Origin: an uncultured virus (IMG/VR IMGVR_UViG_3300017989_000070)
Lineage: Duplodnaviria; Heunggongvirae; Uroviricota; Caudoviricetes
Direction: 5' to 3' (one strand)
DNA length: 64,000 nucleotides
Virus record (IMG/VR): IMGVR_UViG_3300017989_000070
The notes under the pieces: model-generated
The model's database searches: none
What the model saw: the letters and a program-made list of their open reading frames with translations, nothing else
Told to the model about the DNA's origin: nothing
Shown: piece after piece, positions 1 to 9,575 of the stretch
Layout: every line of letters begins with the position of its first letter
Numbering within the stretch: the first letter of the stretch is position 1
Program-made: the position numbers and the translations under genes

Positions 1-2
1 AC

Positions 3-539
3 AGCATTCCGCCCGAGGAGTACCAGCCCTGGCACGAGGCCGCGGTCCACGATGAAGCACTCTCATATGTGTTCGCGACCTATGAGGACAACTTCCTCGA
101 AGGCTGGGCGGAGCGGGTGCGCGACTGGTACTCGGAGATTGATCAGGGGCACATCAACTATCCTCTTGAGGATTACCCGATGGATTGGTTCGATTGCGGT
201 GAGAGCGATGGCTCCCTCCCGGAGATCTCGGACAAGGGCAAGCGGTACTGGCTCCAGCACAGTGGTGAGCACACCGAGAGGAACTGGGACGGGGATCTCG
301 GCTACTACGACAAGGCTGAACTCACCGACTGGGCGTTTGATCAAGGCGTCGATATTGGCGAGGGCAACCCGGAGATGCTCGCCGTTGCGTTCTTGGTGCA
401 CGAGAACTACCTGCCATCACGGGAAGACCCGGAGTCGGTCGACCCGCAGCAGTTCATTCGACGAGACAAGTACGCAGAGAAGATCATCAAAGCCTACGCC
501 AAGGTGATCAGGGACCTGCGCAAGGAGATGTTCAGATGA
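3..539 (+). CDS. Acidic hypothetical protein, 5'-partial
   Basis: Frame of ORF 69..539 is open from position 3; TGA overlaps the next ATG. Confidence 0.7.
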   Translation, partial: SIPPEEYQPWHEAAVHDEALSYVFATYEDNFLEGWAERVRDWYSEIDQGHINYPLEDYPMDWFDCGESDGSLPEISDKGKRYWLQHSGEHTERNWDGDLGYYDKAELTDWAFDQGVDIGEGNPEMLAVAFLVHENYLPSREDPESVDPQQFIRRDKYAEKIIKAYAKVIRDLRKEMFR

Positions 540-964
540 TTCCTTCCCGCAAGACGATCCTCAACCGCCTCTACTGGCTCGACAAGCTCCGCGACCTGAC
601 GCCCGAGCAGGCCGCAACCATCGTCCGCCAGGCGATGGAGTACGGCGAAGGGGACATGGCGAAGCCCACGCTCCAGAAGTATATCTTCAGCATCCGCTTG
701 GGGCACCGATGGTCCATGGTCTCGGACATCGACAGGGCTTTCCACATCATGGACGCCGCGTTGGAGACTCACGGGTCCGAGTTCATCTTGGCCCGGGGCG
801 ACGATCCTGGCTACACCTTCAGCGGGTTACAGTACCTCAATACGGGTGACCCCTACACGCCCACGGTCATCTACGACCACGGCAAGGGAAAGTGGGAGAT
901 CGCCGCGTGGGGGGATCTCGTCGAGTGGGACGAGGAGCGGTTCGGAGAAGGTGAGGTCTGGTGA
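536..964 (+). CDS. Hypothetical phage protein
   Basis: ATGA coupling; YLNTGDPYTPTVIYD...WGD motif. Confidence 0.7.
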   Translation: MIPSRKTILNRLYWLDKLRDLTPEQAATIVRQAMEYGEGDMAKPTLQKYIFSIRLGHRWSMVSDIDRAFHIMDAALETHGSEFILARGDDPGYTFSGLQYLNTGDPYTPTVIYDHGKGKWEIAAWGDLVEWDEERFGEGEVW

Positions 965-1188
965 TGAAGGTCGAGGTCTGGAAAGACGGCGGCGTGATGG
1001 TCATCCGTGACCGCAGCGGCAAGCGCAAGCGCATCTACGCTCGCGGGGTCGAGGAGATGAAGCTCAACCTCTCCTTCCTCATGCTCGACTCCTACGAGGA
1101 CCGCGAGGACTTCTGGGCGGGTCACTCGCTCTACGCGGAGATCCCCGAGGAGGACTACGAGATCATGGCACAGGCGGCTCGGAGGTAA
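961..1188 (+). CDS. Hypothetical protein
   Basis: Coupled small ORF with typical codon usage. Confidence 0.65.
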   Translation: MMKVEVWKDGGVMVIRDRSGKRKRIYARGVEEMKLNLSFLMLDSYEDREDFWAGHSLYAEIPEEDYEIMAQAARR

Positions 1189-1190
1189 CG

Positions 1191-1961
1191 ATGCCGGGAT
1201 ACGTGATCGCAGGGACCTACCTCCCCGATGGCACCTGGGTCGCGTGCATCCCGCAGGCGGTCGAGGAACGCTGGGCGCAGGGGGACTCCTTCCTGCTCCA
1301 GGGCTGCGAGTACCAGAACCTCAACTGCGGCGGCGGGGGACGCTACCGCTGCCACCGGGACATCCTCTCGAACCTGATGGCCGTCCCCCCGCCCCCGAAC
1401 GTGCCGGTGCGCCGGGCCATCCAGCAGGCCGAGCGCGAGGAGGCCGTGGCCGAGGCCCCCGCCCTCGTGCGCCCGGTCGCGCGCGTGGGCGCGGGTGTGC
1501 TGAGCGTGGCCGAGGCCGCGTTCACCCCGAGCCGCCGCGACGAGCAGTGGGTCGCCGAGGGAGCGGGTGCTCTGCGCACGGGCGTCGTCGACCCCTGGGC
1601 CGAGGAGGACGCTCGCCAGTTCGAGCAGCGGGTCTTCGGGACGCCCCCCACGTCTGTCGCCAAGGGCGGCATGCAGGGACTCGGCGACAACGGCCCGGTG
1701 CTCTACGTCTCGAAGGGCGGCGATGTCTTCGGCGCCCAGGGCAAGGTGGGTGAGGTCCAGAAGACCGAGGGCGGCGAGTTGCAGAAGACGCCCCAGGGCG
1801 AACTCATCCCCGAGACCCCGCTGCCCGAGGGCGCTGTCGTGCAAGAGGCCTCGGTCATGCCTGTCGGCCCCTGGGTCTACGTCGGCGTGGGCTCGCTGAC
1901 GTTGCTCGGCCTCATCGCCGGAGGGTACTATCTCTACCAGCGATCGACCGAGGAGGAATGA
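1191..1961 (+). CDS. Protein with C-terminal transmembrane anchor
   Basis: GGAGG RBS; C-terminal WVYVGVGSLTLLGLIAGGYYLY hydrophobic helix. Confidence 0.75.
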   Translation: MPGYVIAGTYLPDGTWVACIPQAVEERWAQGDSFLLQGCEYQNLNCGGGGRYRCHRDILSNLMAVPPPPNVPVRRAIQQAEREEAVAEAPALVRPVARVGAGVLSVAEAAFTPSRRDEQWVAEGAGALRTGVVDPWAEEDARQFEQRVFGTPPTSVAKGGMQGLGDNGPVLYVSKGGDVFGAQGKVGEVQKTEGGELQKTPQGELIPETPLPEGAVVQEASVMPVGPWVYVGVGSLTLLGLIAGGYYLYQRSTEEE

Positions 1962-1964
1962 CCC

Positions 1965-2894
1965 ATGCCCACATCCCGCACCGTCAAGGGCGGCAGCAGG
2001 AAGGACTTCGCACACCCCGTACCCCACCTCGCTGAAGAGAACGTCCGGCACGCCTTCTTCCAAGAGGTCGCGAAGTCGGAACCCGCCATCAACGAGATCC
2101 TCTCCGAGGCCGTCTACGAGGCCACGGGCCGCAGCGGCGACCTGCTCGAAGAGGGCGACCTCTCCGAGCCCGACGCCAACGCCTACGGCTGCGGGGCCTG
2201 GGGCTGCGCGTTCTCCACGCTCGACCGGCGCTGGGCGATCAAGGTCAGCGCCGACCCGCGCGAGGGCCCGACCGTTGGCGCGGTGATGAACACCCCGGCG
2301 CTGCGCAACATGCCCGGCTGCGCGTACATCCTCGGCATCTGGCAGCTTCCCCCCGTGACCATCAAAGTCTCGGGCTACGACAACACCGACTTCGTCCCCT
2401 GGATCATCCTGCGCGAGGACGTGCTGCCCTGGTGGACGCTGATGCAGCAGTCCGGCCTGGTCGACGAGGATGGTGAACTCATCAACGAGGAGGACCGCGC
2501 GCTGCGCAGCGTGCTGCGCTACTCGAAGGACACCGGCACGGGCTTCAACAAGGCCGTGATGGCCGGAGGCGTCTTCAACGACGTGTGGGAAGACGACTGG
2601 ATCATGTCCTACATGGAGGCGCTCGACATCCTCTCGGGCGCCGACGAGGTCCGCCCCCTGGCCGACTTCCTCCGCCAGTTCTACAACCTCTCGGGCCGCG
2701 TGCTCGCCGACGTGCACGCTGGCAACGTGGGCTACCGCATCAACGACTACACCGACGTGGCGACCGACGAGTTCACCCCCGAGCCCCCGACCCTGGCCGT
2801 CTTCGACCTGGGGCACAGCGACACGGCGGTGGGCGCGGACATCCCGTTCATCAAGAACCCCGACATCCGGCGGTTGATCCCGGTCATCCGATGA
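1965..2894 (+). CDS. Protein-kinase-like (PKL fold) kinase, paralog 1
   Basis: GCGAWG Gly loop, WAIK lysine, DVHAGN catalytic loop, FDLG (DFG-like). Confidence 0.8.
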   Translation: MPTSRTVKGGSRKDFAHPVPHLAEENVRHAFFQEVAKSEPAINEILSEAVYEATGRSGDLLEEGDLSEPDANAYGCGAWGCAFSTLDRRWAIKVSADPREGPTVGAVMNTPALRNMPGCAYILGIWQLPPVTIKVSGYDNTDFVPWIILREDVLPWWTLMQQSGLVDEDGELINEEDRALRSVLRYSKDTGTGFNKAVMAGGVFNDVWEDDWIMSYMEALDILSGADEVRPLADFLRQFYNLSGRVLADVHAGNVGYRINDYTDVATDEFTPEPPTLAVFDLGHSDTAVGADIPFIKNPDIRRLIPVIR

Positions 2895-3394
2895 AGATCT
2901 TCTACCACGGCACGAGCGCGCTCCTCCCCTTCCCCCGCTTCGACCCGCGCCAGATCGGCTCGGGCATGGGAGGGGACTTCGGTGGGTTCTTCTTCACCGA
3001 CTCAAAGCGCAACGCCGAGTTCTACGCCGAGGCGCTCCTGTGCACGGTCGAGATCGCGGACCTCGTCCCGACGACCGGCGAGCACATGCCCACGGTGATG
3101 GAACGCGCGGTGAGCGACGGGCGCAACTACGTTGTCGCCGACGTGCTCGACGGTCCCAAGGTGTCCACTATCGCGGCAGTTCCCGCGGCGAACGTGGATG
3201 ACATCCACATCACCGGCTGGTTCCTCGCCGTGGACGAGGCGATCTACCACGAGGCGCTTTTCGACCTGTTCGATGTCGAAGACGCGCTGGATGAGTGTGA
3301 ACGTGTCGAGGACGTGCTCGGCATGATGGGCATCGACCTGGACGATATGCTGGAGTTCGCGCCGTTCCGGTCGTTCTACGAGAGGCTAGCATGA
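2891..3394 (+). CDS. ADP-ribosyltransferase-like protein (ART-PolyVal-like)
   Basis: FYHGTS...FD...GFFFTDS...AEFYA; ATG at 2891 overlaps the kinase stop. Confidence 0.7.
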   Translation: MKIFYHGTSALLPFPRFDPRQIGSGMGGDFGGFFFTDSKRNAEFYAEALLCTVEIADLVPTTGEHMPTVMERAVSDGRNYVVADVLDGPKVSTIAAVPAANVDDIHITGWFLAVDEAIYHEALFDLFDVEDALDECERVEDVLGMMGIDLDDMLEFAPFRSFYERLA

Positions 3395-3798
3395 CGACCC
3401 TCTACCACGGCACGAGCGCCGAAGAGGACTTCGACATCCCGGACGGACCCGCGTGGTTCTCCGACGACTGGGGCGTGGCCGAGGAGTTCGTCGCGTGGCA
3501 CCCGGGCTCGCGTCCGCGCATCCTCGAATACAAGGTCGTGCGCGAGCCGAAGCTCTTCGTCTGGCACCGGCACGAGGACCTCGACGCGCTCTACGACGAG
3601 AGCGACGAGGAGATGGCCGACTACTGGCGGGGCGAGCAGCCCTGGCGCGACATGGAGACCGAGGAGCTTGTCGAGGAGGTCGGGCGCGCCGGGTACGACG
3701 GCTGGAACATCCCGAACAACTACCCCTCGGGTGCGGACATCGTGATCCTCTACCCCGAGGACTTCGTGGAGTTGGTCGAGGTGCACGAGGAGGAGTGA
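3391..3798 (+). CDS. ADP-ribosyltransferase-like protein
   Basis: LYHGTS...WFSDD..VAEEF...GYDG...IVILYP pattern. Confidence 0.65.
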   Translation: MTTLYHGTSAEEDFDIPDGPAWFSDDWGVAEEFVAWHPGSRPRILEYKVVREPKLFVWHRHEDLDALYDESDEEMADYWRGEQPWRDMETEELVEEVGRAGYDGWNIPNNYPSGADIVILYPEDFVELVEVHEEE

Positions 3799-4487
3799 TG
3801 GTAGACGGCGCGATCATCGTCGGCGGCGACAAGTTCGTCATGAAGGGCATCCGCTGCCACACGTGGCACGACCACGGGATGGAGTACACCGTCGCGAACA
3901 CCGCGGTCGCACGACGCCTGCCGCCGCGGTGGCTCGTCTACCACTGGACTGGCAGCTACCGCGACGGGGAAGAGGGCGCGAAGAAGATCTTCAACTCCCT
4001 CCTCCACCGCCAGCCCGTGGGCCTGTCGGTCGAGTTCTTCATCGACGTCTCGGGCACCATCTGGCAGTTCGCCGACCCCGCCGACGTCCGCTGCCGCCAC
4101 TGCTCGCGGGTCAACGACATCTCGATCGGCGTCGAGGTCTCGTGCCTGGGCGCGGTGAAGAAGGGCAAGTCCGTCTCCCCCCACTGGCCCACCTACAAGA
4201 GCCCCCCGCTGCGCGGCGGCTGGAAGCCCACCCTCTACAACTACAACGCTGCGCAGCAGGCCGCAGCGAACGCGCTGGCAGTGGCCGTTTGCGGCGCCAC
4301 AGGCATCCCCCAGCGCGTGGAAGGCGCCCCCTGGGAGCGCAGGCCCAAGGGCTTCTTCGAGACGGCACAGGGGGGCGTCACGGGCCACCTTGAGGCCGCG
4401 TGGCTGGGGAAGAAGTACCCCAAGATCGATCCAGGCCCCGCGCCGCTCATCGCCATCGCGGAGCATTTCGACTCGCTGGAGGCGTGA
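3798..4487 (+). CDS. N-acetylmuramoyl-L-alanine amidase (Amidase_2-like)
   Basis: VYHWTG, SVEFFID..GTIWQ, H...VNDISIGVE, GH...KIDPGP motifs. Confidence 0.8.
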   Translation: MVDGAIIVGGDKFVMKGIRCHTWHDHGMEYTVANTAVARRLPPRWLVYHWTGSYRDGEEGAKKIFNSLLHRQPVGLSVEFFIDVSGTIWQFADPADVRCRHCSRVNDISIGVEVSCLGAVKKGKSVSPHWPTYKSPPLRGGWKPTLYNYNAAQQAAANALAVAVCGATGIPQRVEGAPWERRPKGFFETAQGGVTGHLEAAWLGKKYPKIDPGPAPLIAIAEHFDSLEA

Positions 4488-4969
4488 TGCTCTACCACGT
4501 GACCTACCTCCACGCCCTCCCCGGCATTCAAGCCCACGGCCTCCAGCCCGGCGGGGGCCAGAACTTCGGCATGGGCTACGCCGCCTACTCCCGCGGGTGG
4601 CTCTTCCTGACCTCCTACTTGGGCGTGGTCTACTGGGCGACGAACTTGGAGCAGCAGGCCCTCGGGCTCACGGACAACCCCGAGGAGGGCTGGGTGCCAG
4701 TGGTGCTCGCGGTGTCCGAGGACGACGTCGAGGAGGACGACGAGGGCACGCGCGACGCCAGCGCACAGGCGTGGAAGACACGCGAGGCGATCGACCCCGA
4801 GGACATACAGGTCTGGTGGGACGGCGAGTGGCACGACCTCGAAGACGTTGACCACGAGGACATGCTCGAAGACGCCCTCGACATGTCGGAGTACGTGGAC
4901 GAGGACGGGGGGTACTGGGAGATGGTCGAGGCGTGGAAGCTCACGCCGGACCGGGAGGCCGAGGAGTGA
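4487..4969 (+). CDS. ART-fold protein (Tpt1/DUF952-like)
   Basis: LYHVT...I..HGL.P...LFLT...VVLAV...IDPEDI; very acidic tail. Confidence 0.65.
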   Translation: MLYHVTYLHALPGIQAHGLQPGGGQNFGMGYAAYSRGWLFLTSYLGVVYWATNLEQQALGLTDNPEEGWVPVVLAVSEDDVEEDDEGTRDASAQAWKTREAIDPEDIQVWWDGEWHDLEDVDHEDMLEDALDMSEYVDEDGGYWEMVEAWKLTPDREAEE

Positions 4970-5856
4970 TGGAACTGATCTTCGACATGGACGAGGTCAC
5001 CGAAGACCCCTGGACCTTCGCCGACGACAACGGCGTGCGCGTGCTCTCGCACCTCGACTGGCTCGCGGGGTACGCCGACTCCCGCGGCCTCGCGGCGGTG
5101 CTCTTCACGGGCATCAGCGGCGACGAGTACGAGTTCGACATCGCGGTCGCGCCGCGCGCCCGGCGCCAGGGGCTCGCGAGCAAGCTCATGGATCTGGCCA
5201 TCGAGAACTACGAGGACATGCTCGAACCCTTCCCCGACCTCGTCTTCTCGCTCGATGTCATCAACCCGGTGTCGCGGCGGATGCTGGAGCAGCGGGGGTT
5301 CAAGGTCGTCGGCGGGACGCCGGACAGGCCGTTGATGTCGCGCAACCCCGTCGACCTCCCCCAGGACACCTGGGTCGAGGCCGGGCCCGAGGAACTCGAC
5401 CAACTCGAATCACGCTCCCTCTGGCACGTCTACGAGGGTTCCTACAACCCCGTGGGGCTCCAGTACTCCTCGCTCGAAGGGCTGAAGGAGGGCCTCGACG
5501 TGCTGTGGTTGGTCGATGTCGACGGCGATCCCTACATCGACGCCTTCATCGGCTACAAGCGCAAGCGCCATGGCAACAAGATCACCGTGCTCGCCACCGA
5601 TGGATCGAAGGTCGCCAAGACCGCGATGCTCAGCCATTTGGTGGCGCTCCTCCAGACCGAGGGCTGGTACGCCGAGATGAGCCACCGCCCCGCGGAGATC
5701 CTGATGGGCCGCGGGGTGTTCCCCATCGACGACGAGCGCGAGGTCCGCCGCGTGCTCAAGGGCAAGAATCTCACCTGGCTCGGCGACGGCGCGTATGAGC
5801 GCAACATCCCCGGCGTGGGCCCGGCGGTGAAGATGCTCTTCGGGAGGCCACGGTGA
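4969..5856 (+). CDS. Two-domain protein: GNAT acetyltransferase plus a second, possibly GNAT-like, domain
   Basis: AVAPRARRQGLASKLM acetyl-CoA motif A; N...LE.RGF; RNP linker before the second domain. Confidence 0.75.
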   Translation: MELIFDMDEVTEDPWTFADDNGVRVLSHLDWLAGYADSRGLAAVLFTGISGDEYEFDIAVAPRARRQGLASKLMDLAIENYEDMLEPFPDLVFSLDVINPVSRRMLEQRGFKVVGGTPDRPLMSRNPVDLPQDTWVEAGPEELDQLESRSLWHVYEGSYNPVGLQYSSLEGLKEGLDVLWLVDVDGDPYIDAFIGYKRKRHGNKITVLATDGSKVAKTAMLSHLVALLQTEGWYAEMSHRPAEILMGRGVFPIDDEREVRRVLKGKNLTWLGDGAYERNIPGVGPAVKMLFGRPR

Positions 5857-6365
5857 GCTACAGCGAAGACTACTGCGAATACGTGGACTACTTCCTCGTG
5901 CAGGAGGGTGACGACCTCGCCCGGCTCTCGGACGAGGGACTCGGTGTTCACTACACCGACGCCGAGGGTCTTCGCCGGATGATGACCGAGGGCATCGGGT
6001 CGCCGCGGGACTACTTCTTCGACCACGAGTACAGCCGCGCCGTCTGCCTGCTCGATGGTGATGGGTGGGCCCGTGTGCAGGCCGCGGGGGGCTCGGATGC
6101 GGCGGTCGAGCGGGAGTTCTTCAAACAGTTCTCCGAGCCGAGAAGCATCTGGTTCGCACCGGACATCGACTACGAGGGCGAGACCGCCTCGCCGTCAGGC
6201 ATTCCCATCCGCACGCTCATCGACCTCGAAGGTCTCGGGGACTGGCTCGGTGAGAACGTCGAGGCGTGGTGCTTCGGCGACGACGCCGGGGGCTACGGCA
6301 TCTACTGGTCAGGCCCCCCTGCGCCGTCGAGGTTCGTGCAGGTGGACGAGGAGTACGACGGATGA
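5853..6365 (+). CDS. Possible ART-fold protein (HYT type)
   Basis: VHYTDAEGLRRMMTEGI...IWFAPD. Confidence 0.5.
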   Translation: MSYSEDYCEYVDYFLVQEGDDLARLSDEGLGVHYTDAEGLRRMMTEGIGSPRDYFFDHEYSRAVCLLDGDGWARVQAAGGSDAAVEREFFKQFSEPRSIWFAPDIDYEGETASPSGIPIRTLIDLEGLGDWLGENVEAWCFGDDAGGYGIYWSGPPAPSRFVQVDEEYDG

Positions 6366-6796
6366 ACTGGTACAGCACGGCAATGGGCAAGGACGACTTC
6401 TACTCGCAACCGTACATGATGCAGGTACAGCAGGATGTGACGGACCACGGCTTGCAGGAGGCTCGCGACATGATCGCCGCCACGCGCGGCGTCATTCAGC
6501 GCGTGCAGCAAGGAGCCCCCGGCGCCCGGGAAGAGCTTCAGCAACTGGTGAGCCATCACGATTTCGTCGAGACCATGAGGTTCTACGAGCAGCACCCGAA
6601 CGGCCACCCGGACTACAACGACTCTGTGAACCGGGAACTCCGCGCAGTTTTCACCCAGGCCCAGCAGTTGGCCACGGGCAGCAGCGGCAACGGCGGCGCG
6701 ACGCAGCAGCCCCCGCGCGACAACACGATGCTCTACGTGGGCCTGGGCGTGGGCGTGGCGGCGATCGCGGTCGTGGCGTACATGGTGCTGCGGTGA
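6362..6796 (+). CDS. Protein with C-terminal transmembrane anchor
   Basis: Gly/Gln linker then MLYVGLGVGVAAIAVVAYMVLR. Confidence 0.75.
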   Translation: MNWYSTAMGKDDFYSQPYMMQVQQDVTDHGLQEARDMIAATRGVIQRVQQGAPGAREELQQLVSHHDFVETMRFYEQHPNGHPDYNDSVNRELRAVFTQAQQLATGSSGNGGATQQPPRDNTMLYVGLGVGVAAIAVVAYMVLR

Positions 6797-7446
6797 GACG
6801 CAACCCAACGCAGGCCCGTCTCGACGGCGTCGTCTATCACGGGACATCCACCGAGGCGGCGGCGCTCGGCATCCTGCGCGAAGGGATACAGCCCCCGACC
6901 CCGAAGTACGGAGGGGCTCTGGACCCAGTCGGGGGTGCGGTCTACGTGACACCCGATATTCGGTACGGGGTGATTTACGCCCTCGGCGGGGTGTACTTGG
7001 GGCAGAGGATGCCCCCGGACTTCGTTGACAAAGACCGCTACGGTTACGTGTTTGTCGTCCCCGCCGAAGAGTTGGGCATGATCCAACCTGACGAGGATTC
7101 CATCGGGGAGATGGTGACCAACAGGAGCCCTGCGTGGCTTGTGGGTCTCGCGGAAGAAGAACTGTTCAACGAGTACACCGAATACCCAGAAGACTATGAC
7201 GAAGATGAGGATTTGCGCCTGCTGTCGCTCCTCGACCAGGGCTACATCATGGCGCAGGCGGAAGCCGGGCGCATCATCGCGGACGCTCTGAGCGACGACG
7301 AGATACTGGACCTGATCGAGCGTGGAGCACACATCGCTCACTTCGGTCCTTTGCAACCTTCGGAGTGCTGGCGCATCGACAAGCGGCGCAGCCAAGAGCT
7401 TCTGCCCGACGCCTCGAACTTCTTCGACATTGCGGAGCCGTGCTGA
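6793..7446 (+). CDS. ADP-ribosyltransferase-like protein starting MRRNP
   Basis: GTG at 6793 overlaps the upstream TGA; VYHGTS...GILREGIQP...VYVTPD..Y...YA. Confidence 0.7.
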   Translation: MRRNPTQARLDGVVYHGTSTEAAALGILREGIQPPTPKYGGALDPVGGAVYVTPDIRYGVIYALGGVYLGQRMPPDFVDKDRYGYVFVVPAEELGMIQPDEDSIGEMVTNRSPAWLVGLAEEELFNEYTEYPEDYDEDEDLRLLSLLDQGYIMAQAEAGRIIADALSDDEILDLIERGAHIAHFGPLQPSECWRIDKRRSQELLPDASNFFDIAEPC

Positions 7447-8492
7447 TGAGACACAACCCCCTCTCCCTGGGCCGCTCCTACTTCCCCCCGTGGGACTCGG
7501 GCCTCGCCTACCACGCCATCACCAGCGGCGCGGGGTGGGATGATGTCGAGCACTATTTCCGCCTAATCTGGGAGAGCCAGTGGATTCTCTCCGCCAGGTC
7601 CCTCGGCACCCGTGGCGCGGTCATGGACTTGGACGTTCTGGCCGGTGACGACGAGAACGTCTTCCTCTCCATCTCGCAGCCGTTGAGTTTCCAGCAGGAC
7701 CTTGGCTACTACTTCGTCTTCGACGCCAACAAGCTCGTCCGAGGCGGTGCGAAGGTGGGTGTGGTGGACTTGCTCGACGGCTATCAGGACGCTCTCGCCG
7801 ACGCGCGAGAGGAGGGCGACTGGAGGGACTACGAGCATTTGCCTCCTTCACAGTGGTCAGCGGGGGTGTATGCGCGGTTCTTGGACCTTGTGAAGCTCTA
7901 TCAGGAGAACCTTCGCTTCTCGGGCCGCGACGCGCAGCGGTGGGTCGATTGGTGCATGGGAGGAAGTGAGCCACGAGACCTTGTCCAATCTACGAGGGAC
8001 TTCCTCGATGACATGGAGAGCCAGATCAATGTTCCGTGGAATCTCACCAAGGCGAGGATGCAGTCTGAGATTCTCGTGAAGGATCACCTCGATCTCGATG
8101 CTCGCGCAGGGTTGAGGGGTGTGTGTTTCCGGCACATCTATTTCGAGTTGGAGGACTTCTACCGTATCTTCACTGGAGCGCGGCTGGAAGAACTCAACAC
8201 AGACCTTGGTGACGATTGTTACAAGCTCGGATACCCTTACCGCTGCCCGTTCTGCAAGGAGCCCCTCGTCCCCTGGGACTCGTCGGAGTACATTTTTTCC
8301 TCCCGCCCGTGGGTTGAGATCACCATTGAGAGTGAGCGACGACCGGCGGTCCCGTGCAGGGTGTGTGAGGGCTATCTTCTGTTCGGCGAACCGATGGGGA
8401 GGGACAGAGCCGCGACCGAAGATGTATTCCTTCCTTTTGGAGACGTGGATGTGTCAGACGTTCGGGGACTAAGACCTGCGAGGTGCTACTGA
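7446..8492 (+). CDS. Putative ART-like protein with C-terminal Zn ribbon, starting MRHNP
   Basis: AYHAI...LIWESQWILS...GDDENVFLS...EILV; CPFC...CRVC. Confidence 0.5.
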   Translation: MRHNPLSLGRSYFPPWDSGLAYHAITSGAGWDDVEHYFRLIWESQWILSARSLGTRGAVMDLDVLAGDDENVFLSISQPLSFQQDLGYYFVFDANKLVRGGAKVGVVDLLDGYQDALADAREEGDWRDYEHLPPSQWSAGVYARFLDLVKLYQENLRFSGRDAQRWVDWCMGGSEPRDLVQSTRDFLDDMESQINVPWNLTKARMQSEILVKDHLDLDARAGLRGVCFRHIYFELEDFYRIFTGARLEELNTDLGDDCYKLGYPYRCPFCKEPLVPWDSSEYIFSSRPWVEITIESERRPAVPCRVCEGYLLFGEPMGRDRAATEDVFLPFGDVDVSDVRGLRPARCY

Positions 8493-9277
8493 TGACACTC
8501 GGAAGCCCCAGCGAAGAACGTGTGCGCTCCGACGCCTTCCGCTACTTCGTCGAGGACTGGTGGGAGCGCATCGACGGCGTCGTCTCCGACGCGCTCGGCA
8601 TCGACGCCCTGGGCGAGCCCACCTCGCTCGGCCACGGCGCCTGGGGCCACGTCTACCCCACGCTCTTCAAGGAGTGGGTGATCAAGGTCTCGATCGACCC
8701 GACCGAGGGCCCGGTGAACCAGACCGTGCTCGAAACGCCTGAGCTTCGTGTCAACCCCGGCATCGCGTGGGTCGAGGGCGTCTGGCGGCTCGCCGAGGAG
8801 TTCGACGGCCTCGTGCCCTACGTGATCCTGCGCGAGAACATCCGGCCCTGGACCGACACGCAGATCTACGCCAACGACATCCTCTCGACCAAGCTGAACC
8901 TGACCGCGATGGCCGCGGAGCGGTTGAACGAGGCGATCTACCTCGACCGCCAGGGCGCGGCGCGGCCCGGCTACCTGAAGAAGATGGAGATGCAGTTCTT
9001 CGAGGAGATCGGTGGCCTGGAGGACTACAAGTCCGGGCGCCCCGCGGCGGACCTCGCCGCCTTCATGGACTCGTGGTACGCCATCGTCGGCGGCGCGCTG
9101 GCCGACATCACGTCGACCAACGTGGGCAACCGCATGAACGACCTGCCGGTCGAGCCCGGCCACGAGGCCGACCCGGTGCGCCTCGTCGCCTTCGACATCG
9201 GCCACTCGAACGTCGAGACGCACGTGCACGTGCCCTTGGTCGCGAATCCCGGTAGAATACCCGTCATCAGGTGGTGA
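8492..9277 (+). CDS. Protein-kinase-like kinase, paralog 2
   Basis: GHGAWG, WVIKVSIDPTEGP, ILRE, LADITSTNVG, FDIGHS; co-linear with 1965..2894. Confidence 0.8.
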   Translation: MTLGSPSEERVRSDAFRYFVEDWWERIDGVVSDALGIDALGEPTSLGHGAWGHVYPTLFKEWVIKVSIDPTEGPVNQTVLETPELRVNPGIAWVEGVWRLAEEFDGLVPYVILRENIRPWTDTQIYANDILSTKLNLTAMAAERLNEAIYLDRQGAARPGYLKKMEMQFFEEIGGLEDYKSGRPAADLAAFMDSWYAIVGGALADITSTNVGNRMNDLPVEPGHEADPVRLVAFDIGHSNVETHVHVPLVANPGRIPVIRW

Positions 9278-9281
9278 TACG

Positions 9282-9575
9282 ATGAAGATGGAGATCACGA
9301 TCGACATGGCCGCGAAGACCCGCCGCCGCTCGTTCGAGTTGACCGACGACGACTACTTCATGCAGGTCGGCGAGTTCGCCGACAGCTTCCCCTCGGCCAG
9401 GATGGACCGCGCCGTGGTCACCATCAACGGCGTCGACTTCTATGTCCAGCGCCTGCTCGGTGGTTTCGCGGTCACTCGCGGAGCCCTGATCGCGAACACG
9501 CGGAGCTTCCCTGCCGCGGTGGTCGAGTGCTCCCACGAGTGGGTGGTGAACCACTGGCCCCGGAGGTCCTCATGA
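9282..9575 (+). CDS. Hypothetical protein
   Basis: Coupled ORF. Confidence 0.6.
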   Translation: MKMEITIDMAAKTRRRSFELTDDDYFMQVGEFADSFPSARMDRAVVTINGVDFYVQRLLGGFAVTRGALIANTRSFPAAVVECSHEWVVNHWPRRSS

